A DNA stretch of 64,000 nucleotides from Orbicella franksi (taxonomy: Eukaryota): positions 26,908,001-26,972,000 of the forward strand of contig OZ116703.1 in assembly GCA_964199315.1 (NCBI GenBank), written 5' to 3'. Below, piece by piece: positions 48,701 through 58,700 of this stretch. Position 1 is the first letter of the stretch, and each line of letters begins with the position of its first letter. The notes under the pieces are model-generated. The model had not been told where the DNA came from. It ran no database searches and worked only from the letters and a program-made list of their open reading frames with translations. Made by a program: the position numbers and the translations under genes.

Positions 48701-51700
48701 AATGTACATTACGAATAAGAAGCGATTTTTCTAAACATTTAACTGTAAAAAATTACGATAAAGTATTTCTAAGCATATTGAGAAAGTTAAAAATGTTGTT
48801 AAAAAACGACGACATTTCCACGTTGAGCTAACGTCATTATCAAGTCAAAATGATAGTTGATAAAAAATGTATAGTCAGTAAAACAATAGTTCAATGAATG
48901 TGTTAAAATGTTTAAAGTTAAACAAAGAGTTTCGCACGGATGGAGTCAGTTTGCGTGTTCAAGCTTGGATTCCGTTCCTTTATGCAGAGCATCTCATAGA
49001 CGAGGCAATCAAATTTCCCTTGGCACTTTCGGAGAATTCGAAACTGGCTTTCGTTGAGGAGGCTTATGTCCCCCTGGGCTTCCAAAAGGTGTTTTCCAAT
49101 CGCCGAGTTTTTATGAAATAATCAAGAACGGAACAAAGATTGAAACACAAGTGTACAGAAAACCGACTAACACTGGCTTGCTGTTGCATTTCCAAAGCCA
49201 CACGGATAGACGCTACTAACATTGCTTGCTCAAAACAATGATTCATCGTGCATATGCCCTATCTTCTACAACTGAAGCTTTCAATCAAGAATGCATTAGA
49301 CTTCGCTCCATCTTTACTCGACTTGATTATCCGATAACGACCATTAATTCCACCATTAACAAATTTATCCTGAACCTTTCATCCGGTGTACGTGAAAGAC
49401 AAGTGGAAGACGGCCGTGTCTTGCGAGTTAGTCCTTCCTTCAAGGATCAAACATCAGCTAACGCGGTTAGAAGGCAAATGCGCGATCTCAACCACAAGAT
49501 TGGCACTACCCTACAAACAGTATTTATTAGTAAGAAACTGGAACAAGATCTTAAGCCCAAAGAAATCAAGCCTCCGATCGTAAATCAACAATGCGTGGTG
49601 TATTTATTTCCATGTGATCTGTTCGATGCAGATTATGTCGGCTACACAGCCCGACACCTCCACCAACGCATTGCTGAACATAAAAACTCGGCGATTGGAA
49701 AACACCTTTTGGAAGCCCACGGGGACATAAGCCTCCTCAACGAAAGCCAGTTTCGAATTCTCCGAAAGTGCCAAGGGAAATTTGATTGCCTCGTCTATGA
49801 TGCTTTGCATAAAGGAACGGAATCCAAGCTTGAACACGCAAACTGACTCCATCCGTGCGAAACTCTTTGTTTAACTTTAAACATTTTAACACATCCATTG
49901 AACTATTGTTTTACTGACTATTTATACATTTTTTATCAACTATCATTTTGACTTGATAATGACGTTAACTCAACGTGGAAACGTCGTCGTTTTTAAACAA
50001 AATTTTTAACTTTCTCAATATGCTTAGAAATATTTTGTCGCAATTTTTTATAGTTGAATGTACATTACTTGCAGAAAATTTTGGACGATTTTAATTGCGG
50101 ACAAAAAATGCGTCCGAAATATTTGCAGTACAGTATAAAGCTTTTAAGTAGCTCCAAAGCTCTAATGGTTCTTTTATGGAGCGAACTCTAGTTGACACAG
50201 TGCTTGAAATACGCAACGGCTTCATAGAATTTTTGTAATATTTGTCTGAAATGAGATAAAAGTGTAATAGGCCACGTGCGATATATCAATATTCTAACAT
50301 AGCTCCGAGGCTTTCGGGACAGAATTGCAAATTTGTTATGTTTCCTAGGTCTCTCAATTCCCAAAAGAGACATGGATACAGAGAGGACATCACCAAATAT
50401 AGAAATTTGTCTTGAAGTCTTCGGAGCCATGTTAGAATATTGATAAATAAGAACGTAGCCTCTTAAAATTGAACTAATTGTATGCAGGTGATTATAGCAA
50501 GACTGCAATACACAAGACAGTGCAACTGGAACCCACTTATAGCGCAATCAGATTACATTTACTTAGTTATAACTGGCTGCTTTTGGCTATTGCCAAAAGT
50601 TTGCAAATTTTTCTTACTATCTGGCTTACGTACCCACAAATTAAGCATCAGCGTTATAATCTACTTGGCAGGTGATCTCTTTGAAGGTAGGAATGTAAAT
50701 GGCCATGCTGTACCTGCAGTTTTATTATCCAGTCAAAACTTGGGCAAGAGCGGTTCCTTGAAACCAATGATCAGTGGATCGCCTTCTCCTGACGAATTTG
50801 AAAGGGAGATGAGATCTTTAACTCTGGGTTCTCGAACGAAAAGTGTATCTAACATATTCCAGAATAGACCTCTTCCTCCCGCTCCGAGTAAACGCTTCTC
50901 AAAGAGTCTTGACCGTCTCCGTTTCTTTGAAGCGCTGCCAAACAGCAGAGGAAAAGTCAAGACGTTTCCATCCCATCACAAGTCACCTCCCATACGAACA
51001 CATCCAGTGTTGGTAAAATCGTCGAGCTTTGGAGGAACGTTTAACAAGATAATCAGTGGATCAATATCGCAGCCGCCTGTACCACCACCAAGGAAGAATT
51101 CCGTGGACGTCCGAGATAAATCGGCGACAATCGACGTGAGTCACTTCAGGAAAACCAACCTGTGTCACAGGCATTCCAAGTCGTTGGACACTCTTCTTCT
51201 CCTTAGAGACATAAACTGGACAGCTTTTGATGTCGATATCTACCACTCCTACGAAAGTGTACACGGTAGCCAGCTGGGAGAGAATAACAATACTAAAGAC
51301 CCATCATATGCTAGTGTGAGCAGTGACGAAAAACCGCCCTCGAGTCACGAAAGCAATGGAAGAGCCAGCACCATGTCTGGGAGTCCCATTGATAGTGACA
51401 CACCTTTAGATGATGGCGACGAGGATCATCCTTACGCCAGTGTCAGCGAAGATGAAAGATCGAAGACTGGGAGTTTTAATGGATCTGATCAGCGCTATTC
51501 AAACCGTGAAAGTGATGTGAGAGATAGCGGGGTGTCATCTGGCCTTCTTGAGCCTGACAGTGACCCTGCATCACCCTATGCTTCAGTACGAATCAGTCAA
51601 ATTCCAGGATTGGTCACTTCTCAGTATCGCCCTTCATTAGATACAGACAGCGACTACAGTGGTGAGGTTTTGGAGAAGGAGAATTCTGCTTCAAGTATAG

Positions 51701-52554
51701 GTACTTGCAAGGATCTTAGAGACTGTGACGATGCAAAGCGAGCTAGTACTCACACATATCTGGAAGTTCTCCCTGACAGTGGTAGAGAGAGTGTAATATC
51801 AGAAGCAAACTCAGGCGATAAACAAGATGACAAGCGGGCTAGCACTCATACATATTTGGAAATTCTTCCTGATAACAGTAGAGACAACGCAATGCCAGAA
51901 ACAAGCTCAGACAAAAAAGAAGATGAAAACGTCAAGCGAGCCAGTACTCACACATATCTGGAACTTCTTCCTGATAACAGCAGAGACAGCGTGATATCTG
52001 AAACGAGTTCGGGTTATGCACGCCCAATAGACGTCGTTACAAGTAAACCAGAGAACTCTGATAACACCCATTTGAATAATGAAAGGCGCACAAGTTTGAC
52101 TGATCTTGAGATACCCAATGAGAGATCTGGAACGCTAGAAAGTACGGACAGTGGTAATGGAACTCTTGAACAGTGCTCCGCATCGAATTCCAGTTCTATC
52201 GCGAGAAAAGGAAACATTCCTTTGGTTTCAGACAGCTCGCAGAGTCACAGAGGAGGAATGACTGACTCAATTGCGGACAGTGCGGTCGGTGCAAATCCTC
52301 GGCGAATATCACAACTGTCATTTGAGGGATTTCAGGATAACGACGAAGATTGCGATGTCGCTGATACAAAATGGGAACCTAGGGACAGTGGTACAGGCGA
52401 ACTCATCTATGACAAATCAGGCTTCACTGGAAACTTGAGAAGTCAACGTGATAGCGAACGGTCAGCACCAGTGAACAGTGGCCCTGATGTGAATGTTAAT
52501 GTACAAACGCTTCGCCTGCAAGAGGCTCGTCACACCGATGAATTCTTTGTCTAG
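42709..52554 (+). CDS. Uncharacterised type I single-pass membrane protein, 903 aa: signal peptide, short Ser/Thr/Asn-rich ectodomain, one TM, ~740-aa Tyr-motif-rich disordered tail
   Basis: Phase-consistent exons 42709-42778, 45257-45565, 46602-46698 (TM IPFWVYILIGVGLIFIIAIIACVVY), 47105-47170, 47835-47866, 48253-48507, 50672-52554; total 2712 nt. Confidence 0.8.
48808..48846 (-). ncRNA. Second, mutated minimal hammerhead motif in the inverted PLE repeat
   Basis: Reverse complement GACTTGATAATGACGTTAGCTCAACGTGGAAATGTCGTC; C>T breaks the ACGT palindrome. Confidence 0.4.
49950..49988 (+). ncRNA. Candidate minimal type I hammerhead ribozyme (U3-A8 variant) in the PLE terminal repeat
   Basis: GAC-TTGATAA-TGACGTT-AACTC-AACGTG-GAAACGTC-GTC. 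Confidence 0.5.
50268..50461. mobile_element. MITE
   Basis: TIR-like TAGGCCACGT..ATCAATATTCTAACAT.GCTCCGA / TCGGAGCCATGTTAGAATATTGAT..ACGTAGCCT. Confidence 0.65.
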
Positions 52555-52787
52555 GTACTTGGCTGTTTATAACAGTGTTAAATGCAACTAATGAATTAAT
52601 CATGTATGCAAATCTTACTGTACAGTACAGAAAAGCAAGTTAGTGGACAACCGTCGCTGAAGTGTTTTCGTAGTTACAGTGCCGGTGTTTTCGTAGTAAG
52701 CACGTGCAGTGGAGAAACGGCAAACTGAAGGATTTCTTAACCTGTCAGTGACACAAGCTACTCTGAAGGACAATTTCGACTTCATAA

Positions 52788-52900
52788 CAGGAGGGGAACT
52801 AATGGCTATGACCTTCATTCCACACACTGTTGGGTCGTTCTACCACTGAGCTGCAGGCAACTCGTGGGAGCGGGGCCAGGTAACTTGAAGGTTCAAATGA
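52788..52900 (-). mobile_element. tRNA-derived SINE fragment in the 3' region of the membrane-protein gene
   Basis: Reverse complement CCCACGAGTTGCCTGCAGCTCAGTGGTAGAACG..GAAGGTCATAG has a tRNA A-box-like segment. Confidence 0.5.
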
Positions 52901-54075
52901 AGTAAACCTTCTGCTCACTGCCGGGATCAGTGAGAACGTGTGGAAAGAATTGACAGTGGTGGGTACCTTGTGTCACTTACTGAAAATGATTTTTTTTGCA
53001 GTCGCACGTAGAAACTAAAGGTTTTATTCAACCCCAAAACTCAACTGAAGTAGTTCGACGGACTTTTCAAAGACCTAAGCAGATAGATTAAAAGTTACAA
53101 GTAAGTATAGCCCATATATATAGAATTTGCATTAAATAATCTCTGTGCGAGGGACTAGATACTATAAAAGGGGCCAAGGAAACACTCAAGTAAGTGATCA
53201 AGAGTGATCGGGAAGTTCTTTTGTGAACTTTTTAAATTTGAAGGACTAAACATGCGACTGGTTCGTATATAGGCGTAGTATCGAGCTGGACTCATTGCTG
53301 AATGTGTATCGTGTTTGAGTGTCGCCTGGCCCATTTGGGAATCTACCGGAGTCAACCGAACTTTCCACTACATAGATATCAGTCTCTTAAATACTGTTTT
53401 CGGCACTGGTTGCCATACATCTTGTTTGGTGTTGAAAAGAGTTAATACGTCAAGATGTTACGTTGAGTGGATTTTCATTATTCTTAAGGGGAAATTTGAT
53501 TAGTCAGGGTCAAACTCTTTTAGCGAGAGGCTTTATTTAAGCTTGTTTCTGTAAAATAAATTTAAAAGTATCCAGAAATCAAAGGTTCGTTTGATTGTTT
53601 TTGAACGAAGCTTCATTGAGAATGACGAGCACTGTAGAATTTTTACTGTTGGCTCACGGGTGATGTTTATGGTAAAGAATCCATTTGTTAGACAAATGTA
53701 TCAAAAAAGGAGCAAATATTTTGACAGTTATGAAAGGTAGAGCGCCAAGAGCGAATAAACTGGGTGAGGCTGGCTAAATGTGTGTTCAGTTTCTGATTTC
53801 ATAAGCTTAGTTGCTATTTGCTCAGTTTCTTCAACTGTAAGTCTCGAAAAAAGAGCGTTTTAATACGTTTAGTGTAAACGTGTCTAATTAATAAACTTAC
53901 AGGGAGATGTCACTTTGCCTTTCTCTTTCGATTCAAGCACAGGGTCCATGTCTTTGTTTCAAGTTATTTAGGTTTCCCTTCTACTAGAAGCTTGCAAGCT
54001 TTGATCTGCTTCCACTAAACAGAGGAAGACGAGGCAGTGGAAAACGTAGAGCTAGAGAGCCAATCAACAGCAAGT

Positions 54076-54256
54076 ATTTTGGAATAAAAACGCTCTCTGG
54101 TTAAAAATATATTGAAAACATAAGTTTTCGGCTATCAGTCTATAGCCTTTCACGAATGAAAAAGTTCATTTTTCATTCGTGAAAGGCTATAGACTGATAG
54201 CCGAAAGCTTATGTTTTCAATATATTTTTAACTAGAGAGCGTTTTTGTTCCAATAT
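54076..54256. mobile_element. Foldback palindromic MITE
   Basis: Near-perfect ~85-bp arms centred near 54165 (..GGCTATCAGTCTATAGCCTTTCACGAATGAAAAA / TTTTTCATTCGTGAAAGGCTATAGACTGATAGCC..). Confidence 0.75.
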
Positions 54257-55784
54257 GTCTTATCCTGGTTACAGTTCTATTTTTACTAGCAAGTATTTTC
54301 CCGCGCTTTTCTGACGCGCCGACCCGCGTCGAGCCTGCACGAAGCGAGTGCATGGAGTACAACGATCGAGAAAAAGGTCTCAGTACCTACATATAAAGTG
54401 GGCTTCATCGGTTTGTTTCCAATGATTAATAGCGTAAGTTGTTTGAAATGAAATGTGTTACATGCATTTTCACCCGACCCCTGATGAATTCACTGGAAAT
54501 CTGGACTCCATGGTCTTGGCGCACTGCTCTGAACTGAAGGTCGAACCATCTTTTCTAGCACGGCTAAGGAGTCCTTCAGGTAAACGTTAAGAAAGCTTTT
54601 AACACAGCTCAAAGATTTGTTTAATGAATCTGCTTAATACTTTAAAGAAAATCGATAATACGGACTAAAGGTCGGAGAGAAAATTCAACTAGGTCGTGTT
54701 TTTACTCGGAGTGGACTTCAGTAACAGGGTTAGGGTTTGTGTGGGACGACCCGGTCTCCTTTTGCTCCTTTGCATCACAATGCATTTGTATGTTACAGTG
54801 AAAGACACGACAACAAAAAAATGAATTAAGTTTAATTCTGACATATTTATTGATGTTGAAAACGGCTGGATATCTCTGATTTTTGTTTTTAAAATTAATT
54901 TCCATGTGGTTTCACTTACAAACTGAAAAGTTCTGAATGAAAGTGGGTACGTCTTTAGATACGTCGGTAAGAAAATAAAAATAACCATACTTAATCTTAA
55001 TAAACTTCTCATAATTGTTTTCCGTGATACCTGCTTAGTATTTCATATAATTGTTTTAGTCAATAATTTATTATTTTCATTACAGATAAATTCGTTTCTG
55101 TTTGTAGTCTCCATGGTAGCCGTTTCTGGAGGTCTTGTTACGTACTGCTTTGCAACAATCGCCAAAAAATGCTCTTTGGAACACTACAATAATTTGTTTG
55201 TCTTCATCACCATTACAGACTAGCTACTGTCTACGTTTTCATCACTCAAAGCAATTTATCAGACCAAAAATACATTCTCAATTACTATAAAATCTAAATA
55301 AGATCTGACTCCTTCTCTTGTCTGATGTTACATCTACTGCATATATACTATGGTAAGCGCTAGTTACAGCTAAAGGTAATACACTGAAACAACATAGACG
55401 GTCTAATGATAACAAGCTATTTTTATACATCTAACTTAGACTGCAACAACGAGCTTCTTCAAGAGGTCTGCAGTTAACTGAATTTACCTATGTTATTAAC
55501 AATCACTGTAAAGTACTTAAAAGACACTGTATTTGAATGTCCCTATGGAAACCTTCAAAAGGAATATCAACATAAAATGATTCTTATATTTTTTGAATCA
55601 GTTTTAACCCATACATCGTCATATATATATGGTTAATAGCTCGTGTCAAAACACTTAAATAATTTATACCTATTTTTTACACAACCTGAATTGATTTTTC
55701 CTAAGTAGACTAAAAGACCAATTTTACACACAATACTGTAGGTTTGACATTAATATATTATTATTCTCTGTAAGGCTAACTAAG

Positions 55785-58700
55785 TCACTCTCGCTGCTTT
55801 ATTGGGAAGAACACTCTTAGTTGCTCCAGGAAGATCCATGTTAGAATAGTGTGAGGAGCTAAACGCACCCAAGCTGGGATGAATCCCTAATGACAAAGTA
55901 CAAGACAATGGTGAAGCATACCCAAAGGTATTAGTACAGTAGAACACTGATGTCTGGAAGTGTATGAAGAAAATTAAAGGCTGGTGCTCATCTGCAAAGG
56001 GGATGTATAATAGAGTTTATAAGTGATTAGCTATTAGAAAACAGCCCCAAGAAATTATACGCCCTGAGTGGTTAAAAATCAGGTTTCTATAACTCAATAG
56101 GAACACTGAACTAGCACAAGCTGATGATACAATGATGGCACAAGCAAAGAGAAAGTTGTTTTCTAAACATAATAGAAAAGAATGTTCTCCGTGTTTCTAT
56201 CGAGTTATAGAAACAGGAGTAGACGTTTGGGAGAACTTGAAACAGCTGTGGAAACACTTGCTTGTTGCCTTGTGTTCCCACAGCATTTCTTGTTTCTCTA
56301 TAACTTGATATAAATGCTGTACATGTTTTCTATTTCTTAAGTAAGACTTAAGTACTTACCTTGTAAAATCCCATGGGTCCAAGCCTTGCTGTGAACAGTA
56401 TGCAATGTGCCACACTCTGCAAAGGATTTACCAGTTGAGTATTAACCAATGAACCTAATGACAGCTGGTTTTGAAACAATCGATACTTGTTTAATATATT
56501 TCAATGTACTTGCAGTAATTGCTTTACCTTATACTGTCCTGGTTTTGCTTCCATAAGTCTTGTCTTCATTACATCAACAGGCTGTGTAATGCCAGTGGCT
56601 ATTGTACCCTAAATGAACATAAATGTAAACTAAGATAAATACTCAATACAACTTACAATAAATACTCTTCAGGAAAATAACATAGAATCAAACTTAAAAA
56701 GTCCTAACCAGAACTCAAGTTTCTTGATCATTAAACTTAGTTTATGTGAATTGGGCTAGCATTCATACTATTATCTACTAATGATGCCATATCATAAAAC
56801 TACATGTAATTATAGCTTACTACACCAAAGTAATTAACACAGTTTTAATTACATTCATCTTACCGCTATAAAACTTGCAGTGAAGTGGGTAATAATGTTA
56901 TCTTTGAAATATCTGTAAAATGATAAACAAATTAGTCAGTCAGATTGCTTATTACCTGACCAACTGATGTTACTTTTAAAACAGCATTTGTGAATATAAA
57001 AGCTGCAATAATATCACATGGAACTCTAGTCAGGATAGACGCATCTACATGTAATTGATCCTACTTTTCTTTTTTTCTTTAGCAACCTCAAAAAAACTGA
57101 ACAGAAGCTGTGCTCCTGCTGAAATGTCAACAATCCTTACTATGTTGGCAAAACAGCAAAAGTATCACATCGCAAGTAAATGACTATTACTGTAACAGTA
57201 CTGCATTCCAATGGATGTGATAACAGTGCTATTAAAATATCAGACTGTTTCATTTCTTCTGTCCCTACAGTCAAGGGAAGTGTTTGCGTTGATAAGCAGC
57301 ATTAGCAGAACCAAGTGACTATTTCCAAACGTTTAATAACCTGATGGTTTTAGATTGATAGAATTAGTGCCAGTTTAAGGAAATCTATTATGCATGCAGA
57401 CAACAATTATACCCAATAACGGTAAAACTATCTTACCCTGATGCAAGTAACAACTGCTTAGCTTGGTCATAACAAGCAACCTAATATGGGGAAAAATGTG
57501 AAAATCTTTATTATCTAATATTACATGAAAACAACGAACATAAAATATCATTCAATTTCTATTTCACTTCAGTAGCCAGTCAGCTGTGTTCTAGTGGTTA
57601 ATTCACGAATCTGATTGGTTCTCTCATCATTTTCTACCTGCTGATTGATAGACAACAATGGTGATTGTGCTGTTCTTGAAAATGAAAATTATTTTTAAGT
57701 TAAGGCTTAAAGAAACCCCACAAAATTGTACACTTTTTTACGTGTCCACTAAAACAATTACAATGGACTATTTGCCCATGTTTTCTATGAGTGATAGTCA
57801 ACTCTGCAATGCCCTGTTCATTATATTGCTCACAGAAAACTTGGGCTCATAGTCTACTTGTTAATTAGGACATCACTAACAATAGAAAATATTCCCAGTA
57901 TTGATTAAAAATAACAGTTGATGAAGTGCAAAGTTTGCCTACTGCAAAAGTTGCAGAAAAGCTGAAAGATGTACAGAAAGACAAATGAGAATTAGCCATG
58001 ATAGTTTTTGGTAAAGCTTACCTGTGCCACTGTCATAAGGAGAGCTCTGGATGAGGTCATTGTGACACCTCTCATCCATGTGGACACACCCTCTGTCAAA
58101 ACAAGCCATAAGTAATGAAATAAATAAATAAAATAATAATATAAACAAAAAATATTACCAAAAATTGTCCAGTGCTACAGATTGAACATTAATTAGATAA
58201 ATATATATTTTATAGTATCTCAGCAGTTAAATTTTGTTGACATGGCACATACCTTCTGTTGCTGTTCTGTAGAGACCATCAAACACATGCTTATAACTGA
58301 AAAACACAAGAGTATATGCATTGGGTAAACTTACACAAGTGAGTGCTATTTACAACATTTAGCCACACTGTGTACCAATTCAATAACTGAAGGTAACCAT
58401 AGGTCACTGAACTTCAGAACTCTGTTTAGAAACTTTCAGAAAACTTTAATAACAACTTACTTTCTCCTCAGTGCTACATCAAGTGTTTTAACATCATTCT
58501 GCATCCTAAAAAAAAAATGTTTTCCCTTAGTATTGCAAGAACATTAATTATTTCCTTTGATTTTGGCAGAGTAATCAGAGGTTCTCTTATAATTGTATCA
58601 CCATAGTGACACCCTAATGGGTCCATATGCCTATTTTGTTTTGGTGGCAGCAGGGGAAGGGGCTGAGGGGGTAACAGGCTTAGGAGTAAATTGTGTCTGG

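Larger units (their letters stand above)
48737..50060 (+). mobile_element. 5'-truncated Penelope-like retroelement with an inverted copy of its 3' end at the 5' side
   Basis: VYRKPTNTGLLLHFQSH..LLKTMIHRA (RT thumb) and VVYLFPC..YVGYTARHLHQRIAEH (GIY-YIG). 48737-49115 is an inverted copy of 49679-50060. In-frame stop and frameshift indicate inactivity. Confidence 0.9.

Noticed and set aside
54660-54760. Telomerase-RNA-like features on the minus strand: AACCCTAACCCT template-like run followed by TTTTCTCTCCGACCTTT, reminiscent of the pseudoknot strand
   Set aside because: The complementary strand (GGGGTCGGGTGAAAA) is G-rich rather than A-rich and forms a simple hairpin. I found no CR4/5 P6.1 and no well-formed H/ACA domain. 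Short telomere-like runs are common in repeats. A telomerase RNA covariance-model search would settle it.
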